Positions 54,788-63,245 of a stretch of 64,000 bases of DNA are shown here, piece by piece. The notes beneath the pieces are model-generated. The model had not been told where the DNA came from, did no database searches, and saw only the letters and a list, made by a program, of their open reading frames with translations. Source of the stretch: an uncultured Thermoleophilia bacterium (lineage in GTDB: Bacteria; Actinomycetota; Thermoleophilia; RBG-16-64-13). The stretch is from contig CAVYVU010000010.1 in NCBI GenBank assembly GCA_963772095.1, positions 3,917-67,916 on the forward strand. The letters run 5' to 3'. The stretch's first letter is position 1. Every line of letters starts with the position of its first letter. Made by a program: the position numbers and the translations under genes.

Positions 54788-57435
54788 GAGTGAGCCGAAA
54801 ACCGGCATCCGGACCCCGAGAGACTGGACTCGACGCCTTCTGGAGCCAGCCGAGTCCCGAGGTCTTGGGTGTAATTGGGAGCAGCCCGCAAGGGCTCTCG
54901 CCGGCGGAGGCCATCAAGCGGCTCGAAACATACGGTCCCAACACCCTGGCCACCCGGCGCAAGACCACCACTCTCCGCCTGCTGCTGGCGCAATTCAAGA
55001 GCCCGATAATCCTCATTCTGATCTTCGCTGCGATCCTCAGCATCTTCCTGGGCGACCGCACGGACTCAATCATCATCTTGAGTATCGTGGCAATCAGCGG
55101 CCTGCTCGGGTTCTGGCAAGAGCGTGGCGCGAACAACGCGGTGGCCAAGCTCCTCGCCATCGTACAGATAGAAGCTCGCGTCATACGCGACGGCAAGCCT
55201 GTGGACGTGCACGTGGAGGAGGTGGTCCCGGGCGACGTCGTGATGCTTGCCGCCGGAGACATCATCCCGGGTGACTCCTTGCTTCTCGAGGCCACGGATC
55301 TCTTCGTGGACGAAGCCACTCTCACCGGCGAAACATTTCCAGTAGAGAAGGAGCCCGGCGTCTTAGCCGCCGACGCTGCACTGGCCAAACGAACCAACGT
55401 GGTCTTCATGGGCACCCACGTGATCAGCGGCTCGGCCACCGCACTCGTGGTCCGCACCGGCCGCACTACCGAGTTCGGCCAAGTGTCGCAGTCTCTCAGA
55501 GCTCGTCCCGCGGAGAACGAATTCGAGAGGGGAGTCAAGCACTTCGGCTACCTCCTCCTCGAGGTCACGCTAACGATGGTCATAGCCATCTTCGGGATCA
55601 ACGTCTACCTCCACCGGCCGGTGGTGGACTCCTTCCTCTTCTCGCTCGCGCTGGCGGTCGGACTCACCCCACAGCTTTTGCCCGCCATCATCAGCATCAA
55701 CCTGGCTCACGGTGCACGACGCATGGCCGCAAAGAAGGTGATAGTCAAGCGGCTGGTGTCCATCGAGAACCTGGGCAGCATGAACGTGTTCTGCTCCGAC
55801 AAGACGGGCACGCTCACCGAGGGTCTCGTGCAGCTCAATTCCACGCTGGACAGCGAGGGCGCGGCAAGCACCCGAGTTTTGCGTCTCGCATACATCAATG
55901 CGTTCTTCGAGACCGGATTTACGAACCCGATCGATCAAGCTATCCGGGACTCGGTGAAATCAGAGGAATCGACCGGTAGCGTGACTGATGGCGCTGCCAT
56001 TAGTGCCGATCTCGACGTTTCCGCCGTCAAGAAGCTCGATGAGATCCCCTACGACTTCCTCCGCAAGCGCCTGAGCATTTTGGTGGAGGAGGCCGGTGGA
56101 CGGCGTACCCTGGCCACGAAAGGGACCTTCAGCAAGGTGCTCGAGGTCTGCACCAGGGCAGAGAAGACGGACGGGACCCTGGTTCCGCTCGATGAGCTCC
56201 GCGCGGCGATCGAAGAGCGATACACAAAGCTGAGCTCGGATGGTTACCGGGTGCTTGGCGTGGCCTACCAGGAGGGCGCGCTGCCCGACCGGGTGAACAA
56301 GGACGACGAGCACGACCTCATCTTCGCCGGCTTCCTCGTCTTCTTCGACCCGCCGAAAAAGGGCGTCGTAGATACCATAGCCGAACTGCGGGCCCTCGGC
56401 GTCCAGCTCAAGATCATCACCGGCGACAACCCCCTCGTAGCCGCGAACGTCGGAAACCAGGTGGGACTCTCCACCACCGTGATACTCACGGGAAAGGACC
56501 TCCACCAGCTGAGCGAAGAAGCCCTGATGCGGCAGGTGTCCACGGTGCAGATCTTCGCAGAGATCGAGCCCAACCAAAAGGAACGGATCATCCTTGCGCT
56601 CCGCAAGGCCGGGCACGTGGTGGGCTATATGGGCGACGGCATCAACGACGCTTCTGCTCTGCATGCCGCCGATGTCGGCATATCTGTCAACTCGGCGGTG
56701 GACGTCGCCAAGGAGGCGGCCGACTTCGTCTTGCTGGAGAAGGACCTCGCTGTTCTCGGTGAAGGCATACGTGAGGGAAGAAAGACCTTCTCGAACACTC
56801 TCAAGTACGTCTTCATGGCCACCAGCGCCAACTTCGGCAATATGTTCAGCATGGCCGGTGCTTCACTCTTCTTGAGTTTCCTGCCCTTGCTCCCCGGCCA
56901 GATCCTGATGACCAACCTTCTCACCGACTTCCCGGAGATGACCATCGCCACCGACGGCGTCGACCCGGAGATCCTTGCCGTGCCCCGCCGCTGGGACATC
57001 CGGTTCATACGCCGGTTCATGCTTGTTTTCGGGACGCTGTCGTCGGTCTTCGACTACGCCACGTTCGCCGTGCTTTTGTGGATACTCCACGCCAAACAGA
57101 AGGAGTTTCGTACCGGTTGGTTCGTTGAGTCCGTGGTCTCGGCTGCGCTTATCGTGCTCGTGGTGCGTACCCGGCGGCCGGTGACACACAGCCGGCCGAG
57201 CAGACCACTGCTCATCACAACCCTGGTGGTGGCGGCGGCTGCGGTGGCTGTGCCATTCACACCGCTCAGCGGGCCGCTGGGCTTCACCCGTCTGCCGCTG
57301 GTCTTCTGGCCGGTGCTCGCGGGGATCGTCATCCTGTACATCGCCTCCGCCGAGGGGGCCAAGAGGATCTTCTACTCGCAAGAACGATCTCGCGAAGGTC
57401 TTGTCCCACGCCAGGACCACCGGCGCGTGCGCTAG
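54784..57435 (+). CDS. mgtA: Mg2+-importing-type P-type ATPase (MgtA-like)
   Basis: GLSPAEAIKRLETYGPN, TGE, CSDKTGTLTEG, and MGDGINDASALHAADVGISV, with 10-TM topology. ATG at 54784 overlaps the gcvPB TGA (ATGA). Confidence 0.85.
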   Translation: MRVSRKPASGPRETGLDAFWSQPSPEVLGVIGSSPQGLSPAEAIKRLETYGPNTLATRRKTTTLRLLLAQFKSPIILILIFAAILSIFLGDRTDSIIILSIVAISGLLGFWQERGANNAVAKLLAIVQIEARVIRDGKPVDVHVEEVVPGDVVMLAAGDIIPGDSLLLEATDLFVDEATLTGETFPVEKEPGVLAADAALAKRTNVVFMGTHVISGSATALVVRTGRTTEFGQVSQSLRARPAENEFERGVKHFGYLLLEVTLTMVIAIFGINVYLHRPVVDSFLFSLALAVGLTPQLLPAIISINLAHGARRMAAKKVIVKRLVSIENLGSMNVFCSDKTGTLTEGLVQLNSTLDSEGAASTRVLRLAYINAFFETGFTNPIDQAIRDSVKSEESTGSVTDGAAISADLDVSAVKKLDEIPYDFLRKRLSILVEEAGGRRTLATKGTFSKVLEVCTRAEKTDGTLVPLDELRAAIEERYTKLSSDGYRVLGVAYQEGALPDRVNKDDEHDLIFAGFLVFFDPPKKGVVDTIAELRALGVQLKIITGDNPLVAANVGNQVGLSTTVILTGKDLHQLSEEALMRQVSTVQIFAEIEPNQKERIILALRKAGHVVGYMGDGINDASALHAADVGISVNSAVDVAKEAADFVLLEKDLAVLGEGIREGRKTFSNTLKYVFMATSANFGNMFSMAGASLFLSFLPLLPGQILMTNLLTDFPEMTIATDGVDPEILAVPRRWDIRFIRRFMLVFGTLSSVFDYATFAVLLWILHAKQKEFRTGWFVESVVSAALIVLVVRTRRPVTHSRPSRPLLITTLVVAAAAVAVPFTPLSGPLGFTRLPLVFWPVLAGIVILYIASAEGAKRIFYSQERSREGLVPRQDHRRVR

Positions 57436-57592
57436 AGTATCAGACCGGCCACGTACGATGCGTTTGGAGCAATTACCGGAGTGCGGTTTAGGTTGCTAGT
57501 ATGCGGGGGTACTAGGCTGGGGTTAGACGCGTGATTCGCGGGTCTGTTTGCGCCCGGGGGCGGACGACGAGAAGGGAGACGGCGTAGCCACA

Positions 57593-57946
57593 ATGAATGT
57601 GACCGTTGACAAGATCGGGGAGACACCGCTTCTCGAAGCTCAGGGTGAGATCGATCATGGTAGCTGTGCGCCGCTTCAATTGGCGCTCGACGCTGCGCTT
57701 GAAAGTGGCAATGACATCGTCTTCATCGACCTGCGCGAGGTGACCTACATCGACAGCGGAGGCCTTTCTGTTCTGCTCTCCGGCGTGCGCCGGCTGCGGG
57801 GCAAGGGCTGGCTAGGGGTAATCGGACCGAACCGTAACGTTCGCCGGCTGCTTGAGATCGTAGGTCTGCTGGTCGATTCCAGTTTTCGTCTTTTTGACTC
57901 CCCGGAATCTGCCCAACAGGCAGCCTCGGAGCGCGCAACGACATGA
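57593..57946 (+). CDS. STAS-domain anti-sigma-factor antagonist (SpoIIAA/RsbV-like)
   Basis: LEAQGEIDHGSCAPLQ..VFIDLREVTYIDSGGLSVLL (the phosphorylatable Ser context DSGG). Confidence 0.85.
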   Translation: MNVTVDKIGETPLLEAQGEIDHGSCAPLQLALDAALESGNDIVFIDLREVTYIDSGGLSVLLSGVRRLRGKGWLGVIGPNRNVRRLLEIVGLLVDSSFRLFDSPESAQQAASERATT

Positions 57947-58347
57947 CACAGCGTGAGCAAGCCACCTGCGAACGACTCAAGGTCAGGGCTGAGACAGCGC
58001 AGCTGGCGGGGGTGCGCGATTTCGTGGCCAGGGTGGCCACAGAGGCGGCTCTTGGCCCGGAGCGGGTCTTCGATCTGAAGGTCGCGACATCCGAAGCCTT
58101 TGCCAATGCCGTTGAGCACGCCTGCTCACCGGCCGAAGACCTAGAGGTATGCGTCAGCGTGTCCTCTGAGCGCTTGGTGGTCGAGATCAGCGACGAAGGT
58201 TGCTTCCGGCCGCCCACCCTCCCCAGAGAAACGGGCCAGAGCCGAGGCTTGGGCCTCCCGCTCATGGTGTCTCTCATGGACGAGGTGAGCTTCGCCCGGA
58301 CCCCCGGCGGTGGGACCACGGTCCGGCTGGCGATCTTCTTGAATTAG
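57943..58347 (+). CDS. anti-sigma regulatory factor, RsbW/SpoIIAB-type Ser kinase (HATPase_c)
   Basis: EAFANAVEHA (N box) and GLGLPLMVSLMDEV. Its ATG overlaps the antagonist's stop. Confidence 0.8.
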   Translation: MTQREQATCERLKVRAETAQLAGVRDFVARVATEAALGPERVFDLKVATSEAFANAVEHACSPAEDLEVCVSVSSERLVVEISDEGCFRPPTLPRETGQSRGLGLPLMVSLMDEVSFARTPGGGTTVRLAIFLN

Positions 58348-58352
58348 GCAGA

Positions 58353-59831
58353 TCAGTCTGCCCGACTCCGGGATTGCGCTATAGGGACAGCGTTCTGCTG
58401 GGCCATTGCGGGTCCTCTCGTGAGAGAGAGGATCGCCCCCAACACGCAGACCCCCACACACAACCAGGCCACATCGTGAGCGGCGTGCATGAAGGCCTGC
58501 TTTGCCGCAAGCTGGCTCCCCAGCGCAGGGGTCAGTCGCCGCAGATAGACGGGCTCTCTGACTGCAAGGACAAGCCCTGCCAACGCAACACCCATCACCT
58601 GACCGATGTTTCGCGATGTGGCCAGGGTCCCGCTCGCGACCCCCAGCCGAAACGGCGGCACGGTTCCGAGAACCGCACTGGAATTGGGAGACTGGAACAG
58701 ACCGATCCCTGCCCCGATGAGAGCCAGCCGGACCGCGATCCCCGGAAAGCCGGAACTGAGAGACAGGCGGGTCAGAGAGTATGCCGCCACCGCGCCCACG
58801 AGCAACCCGGCGGTGCTCAGAACGCGGGAACCGATGCGGTCTGAGAGGACCCCGGAAATCGGACCGAACACCACCATGCCCAGCGGTATCGGGGTCATGA
58901 GCAGGCCCGCGGTCGAAACCCCGATGCCGTGTGCCGTCTGGAGGTAGAACGGCATCACGAAGAGCACCGCGGCAGTCACGACGAAAGACGCGGTGGCGCT
59001 CAGTAGACCTGCGGAGAACAATCTCACCTGGAAAAGACTGAGATCGAGCATCGGCTGAACGACCCTGCGTTCCACAGCCAAGAAGCCGGCGCCGGCGACG
59101 ACGAAGACGACGAACATCGCAACCACAGCCGGGTTGTCCCAGCCCCATTCCGCTCCCTGGGATAGTGCGAGCAACAGTGGAAAGAAAGCGACGAACGACA
59201 GCATGGCTCCCAGCGGGTCGAACTTCTGATCCCGAGGCGACGACCCAGGGATTGCCTGCCAGGACAAGATCGAGGCGAAAATGCCGATGGGGACGTTAAT
59301 CAGGAAGATCCACCTCCAGCTGGCCGCGCCCACTATGACACCGCCCAGGGTCGGCCCTACGGTCATCCCCGCGGAAACGGCTATCGCCAGCAGGCCCAAT
59401 GCCCGCCCCCGCTCGGTAGGGGGGAAGGCGGCCGTGACGATAGCGGGGCCCGCGGCGAACATCATGGCCGCGCCCAGTGCTTGTAGCACCCGAAAACCTA
59501 CGAGCGACCAGATGGACCACGAGAGGGCGCAGGCCAGGGAGCCGACGGTGAACAAGGCGAAGCCCGTGATGTACACGCGCTTCAACCCGATCATGTCGGC
59601 CAACCGGCCGAAGGTGAGCAGGAGAGTGCTTATGATCAGCAGGTAGGCCACCACGACCCATTCCACGCTCGTGATGGGGACATTGAACACTTTGCCCAAC
59701 GTGGGTAGCGCCACGTTGACGATGCTCGAATCCAGGGGGCTCATGAAGGTGCCGACCATCACGGCCGCGAGGACCCACCACTTGCGCGAATAGTCGATTT
59801 GAACCGGCTGCATCCGGTCCTTCAAGGCCAA
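58353..59831 (-). CDS. MFS transporter, DHA2 (EmrB/QacA, 14-TM) type
   Basis: WWVLAAVMVGTFMSPLDSSIVNVALP and LADMIGLKRVY motifs. 492 aa. Start lies 2 nt after the selD stop. Confidence 0.85.
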   Translation of the reverse strand: MALKDRMQPVQIDYSRKWWVLAAVMVGTFMSPLDSSIVNVALPTLGKVFNVPITSVEWVVVAYLLIISTLLLTFGRLADMIGLKRVYITGFALFTVGSLACALSWSIWSLVGFRVLQALGAAMMFAAGPAIVTAAFPPTERGRALGLLAIAVSAGMTVGPTLGGVIVGAASWRWIFLINVPIGIFASILSWQAIPGSSPRDQKFDPLGAMLSFVAFFPLLLALSQGAEWGWDNPAVVAMFVVFVVAGAGFLAVERRVVQPMLDLSLFQVRLFSAGLLSATASFVVTAAVLFVMPFYLQTAHGIGVSTAGLLMTPIPLGMVVFGPISGVLSDRIGSRVLSTAGLLVGAVAAYSLTRLSLSSGFPGIAVRLALIGAGIGLFQSPNSSAVLGTVPPFRLGVASGTLATSRNIGQVMGVALAGLVLAVREPVYLRRLTPALGSQLAAKQAFMHAAHDVAWLCVGVCVLGAILSLTRGPAMAQQNAVPIAQSRSRAD

Positions 59832-59833
59832 GT

Positions 59834-60916
59834 CTAAGGGGCCGGCCGGCCGGGGGCCGACGCCGGCGCCGATCCTCTGACCCTGATGGTAGTGGACTGG
59901 CAGGGCAGTACGCGGCCGACAACGGCTGCAGCAAGAGACAGGCGAGCCTGGAGGTGAGCGATGATCGCGGGCAGCACCTCTTCGGGCACGGCCAGCAGTA
60001 GGCCCCCCGAGGTCTGCGCATCGGCGGCCAGGAGCCGCTGCCAGGGCTCCACCTCACGGTCGAACTCAGTCCAGGCTTCCGCGTGTTCGAGGTTGCGTCG
60101 CGTGCCACCGGGCGCCAAGCCTTTCCTGGCCAAGGCCGCAGCCCCGGGCAATAGCGGCAGCCGCTCGAACCAGACCTCCGCGGAGGCACAACTTGCCCGG
60201 CACATCTCCCCCAGATGGCCAAGTAGACCGAAACCAGTGACATCCGTGATCGCTTTGAGCTGGTGCGCAAGGGCCGCTTCGCTGCCGGCCCTGTTGAGCG
60301 TAGCCATAGACTCCGTGGCCGCGACAACAGCCGATTCGTCAGCATCGCCCCGCTTGATCGCTGTCGCGATCACGCCGGTGCCCAGCGGTTTGGTGAGCAC
60401 CAGGTAGTCGCCGGGAACAGCGGCGGCATTCGTGAGTTGCTCGCCCGGCTTCACGATGCCGGTGACAGCCATTCCGTACTTGGGCTCCGGATCGTCGATC
60501 GTGTGACCACCGACGATGGTGGCCCCGGCGAGACGCGCAGTTTCCGCCCCACCCTGGAGGATCCTCCCGAGCTGCTCGAGCGGCAGGGTATCCGTCGGGA
60601 AACACACGATGTTCAGAGCTGTCAGAGGGCGGCCCCCCATGGCGTACACGTCAGAAAACGCGTTCGCGGCGGCTATTCGCCCGAAATCGTATGGGTCGTC
60701 GACCACCGGGGTGAAGAAGTCAACCGTCTGAACTAGGGCGATCTCGTCCGTGAGTCGGTATACGGCGGCGTCGTCCAGCGTGTCCGCCCCTACCAATAGA
60801 GCCGGATCCTCAGTCTTGGGAAGCATGGCCATGACTCGCCCCAAGTCCTTGGGGCCCAGTTTGCAGGCTCAGCCGGAGCCGTGAGAAAGCGTGGTCAACC
60901 GCGGCGGCGTTTCCAT
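59834..60916 (-). CDS. selD: selenide, water dikinase SelD, selenocysteine-containing (TGA at 60869..60871 read as Sec)
   Basis: ATG at 60916, 6 nt after GAGGAGGTGA, gives METPPRLTTLSHGSG-[TGA]-ACKLGPKDL. This continues in frame into ORF 59834..60844 (DDAAVY.., DFFTPVVDDPYDFGRIAAANAFSDVYAMGG, ITDVTGFGLLGH). The TGA sits at the conserved Cys/Sec position of the SelD glycine-rich loop. Confidence 0.85.
60838..60855 (-). promoter_or_regulatory. candidate bacterial SECIS hairpin in selD mRNA
   Basis: GCCCCAA-GGAC-UUGGGGC, a 7-bp stem with a G-containing tetraloop, beginning 13 nt after the UGA. Confidence 0.5.
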
Positions 60917-61455
60917 AGACTGTCACCTCCTCTTCTGGCTCGGGATGAACATCGGCGGCGATGAGCTGCGAACGGAAAGACACTAGCAGACAACACCCCG
61001 TAACGGCCACTACTGCCACCACTGCTGCCGCAGTCGCGAGTGCCGGGGCACGCGCAGAACCGACACTGCCGGCTGCGATTTCCACTCGCGCCACCAACCA
61101 ACGCACTCCGCTGAGTTGTGTGACCGACCCCTTCTCCACCCTCTTCACGCCGAATCGAAAAGCGCGTGGTGGAATGTCCCTTAGCCTCAATAGTCTTGGT
61201 GACGCGACGGATGCCCTTCTACAGATGCTAGGCCTAGTCACGGCTTTGCTTCAGCCACCGATGGCCGCCACCGCCGCCGGACAGAAGTTCGCGCCCAACT
61301 GGAGGCTTCGAGGATGAGGGCCACTCGACCGACGGGCGTAATGTCTCGTGACCAGGCTCAACAAGAGACACGAGGCACGCGATCGAGCAACTGTACGGCC
61401 GAGGTGTCGCTCCGCGCCGCTTCTCCCGAGGCAAGCACGTCTCAGCCCGCGGGCC

Positions 61456-62497
61456 TCAGCCTCTCGCACTCTCCGGCGCCGACGGATGGTCGGGAGGCAC
61501 CGCGGGATGACGCCGCCTTCTGGCCGAGACCACGGCCCAGGCGATAGCGGAGAGAATCGCCACGCCCAGGATAGCCGAGACGATATAGGCCACCGCCGTC
61601 CAGGCCCCGCTCGCTCCGGACCAACCGTAGTCGGGCAGGAGGCCCTTCCACAATTCGCCCAAGCGGCCCAAGACCATGGGGCACGTAGCCCACGCGCTGT
61701 TGAATCTCGGCTGCCCCCCACTCTCCCCAGGCGGAGCCGCTCGCGATCAAGCCCAACGGCGCAACCACAACGAGAGCGGCGACGAGGGCCACAAGCCAGC
61801 GGGCGCGCACCCGCTTGCAGGTCGCCGGCGCGGAAGAGCTCGGGGCTCATGTGGCGAAGGTAGGCAAAGACCGCCACCGTGAACACCGCTTCGATGGGGC
61901 CCACGATGAGGGCGTGGGAGCCTACCATGGCCGGGATGGTCGTGCGCAACCCATAGGGGGCGTACTGCGCCACGCCGTTCACTGTGTGCAGCAGGGGCTG
62001 GATGCCCAGCTCGATGCTGTTAAGGAAGGCTGCCGCCACGAGGCCGCAGTAGGCGGCCACGCCCGCGGCCACAAGACGGCGGCCGGAACGCAAATCTGAA
62101 GCCCCGGACAAGGAAACGGTAGATGACGTATCCCAGAAGGGGCATGACGATCGCCATGTTGAGACAGTTGATGCCGAGCGAGAGCAGCCCGCCGTCACCG
62201 AAGAAGAGCGCCTGGATGACAAGGGCAGCCGTGACCGCGAGCACGGCCACCCAGGGCCCGGCAATCACGGCGATCAAGCACCGCCCCGACGGCGTGGGCC
62301 GTCGTACCTCCCAAGACGGGGACGTTCAGCATCATGATAAGGAAGCTGAAAGCAGCGCTCGCCGCCAGCACGGGGACCATCTTGGGCTGGGTGAGGAGCT
62401 TCTTGGTGCGCTGGCTGGCCACATACCAGACGGGCACGGTGATGGCCCAGCCTACCGCCAGGGTCTCCGGTCCCAGGTAGCCGTCGGGTATGTGCAC
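61456..62497 (-). pseudogene. cbiM: CbiM/NikM fused to a PDGLE (CbiN-like) domain, ECF-type Co/Ni transporter substrate component; at least 5 frame breaks
   Basis: The canonical MHIPDGYLGPETLAVGW N-terminus is at 62497. It is followed by LFFGDGGLLSLGINCLNMAIVMPLLGY, AAFLNSIELGIQPLLH..PAMVGSHALIVGPIEAVFT, then SAWGEWG..VPHGL and LLPDYGW..VAYIVSAILGVAIL, in different frames. Confidence 0.75.
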
Positions 62498-62514
62498 TAC
62501 CCGACCCCGTCCCC

Positions 62515-62969
62515 TTAAGAGGTCTGGTCGGGCTTACCCTCGGCCTCCGCGCACTCTTGGCACAGGCCGAACACGGTCATTCGGGTCGAGTCGGCCTGAA
62601 AGCCCTGCTTGCTCAAGAAGCTCCGTGGTGACGGGAGCCACCAACTCATCGGCGAAGTGCCCCACCGAGCCGCATTTCTCGCAGACGAAGTGATGGTGGA
62701 CCGGTTCCGGGGCGACCTCGTAGTAGCTGTGCTTGGTGTCTAGGCGAGTCTCGCTCACCAGATCCAGGGACACGAGCACCTGCAGGGTCCGGTAGACGGT
62801 GGAGAGATTGACTTCGGGAAGCCTCTCTTGCACCTCTTCGCGCTATCTGCTCGGCGGTGAGGTGCCGGCCCCCTTTGCGCACGACCTCCCAGATGGCGAC
62901 TCTCTGGGGCGTCAGCCGATATCCGGCGTCTTTGAGTGCTTGGCGGGCGTGGTGCATGATTGGTAACAT
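62515..62969 (-). pseudogene. Fur-family metalloregulator (Nur-like by context), 2 frame breaks (near 62835 and 62585)
   Basis: GYRLTPQRVAIWEVV..HLTAEQI, then EVNLSTVYRTLQVLVSLDLV..HHHFVCEKCGSV. The C-terminal ..FGLCQECAEA.. is in a third frame. It lies 17 nt upstream of cbiM. Confidence 0.75.
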
Positions 62970-63245
62970 ATCACTGTTGCAAGCTCTTCGCAACAGCCTC
63001 ATGGTGGCGGCTAGAGGCCTGCCGACCAAGAAGAACCGGGCGACGAGGCCGCAAGCCCGAAGAGGAGCCACCACCACATGCCGAACTCTGAGACAGAAGA
63101 CCGCCTGGCTCCGGGCGCTCCCGGCCGAGGGCCGTCGCTGGCCGTCCCGGATTGGCTCCTCAGCCGGCCCCAGCCCCCTGCTAGCTCAGAAAGCGTCTCG
63201 GCGAGCCGGGCACGGTTCCTTCCTTGAGAAGACCCTAGGAGGGAC

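Noticed and set aside
52955-55538. Long minus-strand ORFs (388 aa and 276 aa) opposite gcvPB and mgtA
   Set aside because: They are antisense shadows of strongly supported plus-strand genes. They are low-complexity, R/G/A-rich and have no motifs. The same applies to 16239..17398 opposite metG, 10755..11312 opposite the PRC-barrel gene, 23433..24701, 26648..27685 and 40338..41390.
60917-61455. tRNA-Sec (selC) next to selD
   Set aside because: There is no T-arm (GGTTCGAnTCC), no anticodon loop CTTCAAA and no 8-bp acceptor stem on either strand. selC is presumably elsewhere.
61251-62264. 337-aa ORF-track protein taken at face value
   Set aside because: Only its middle (..AAFLNSIELGIQPLLH..PAMVGSHALIVGPIEAVFTVAVFAYL..) is CbiM-like. 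Both ends are out-of-frame read-through, R/G/P-rich. It is treated as one fragment of the frame-broken cbiM-PDGLE gene.
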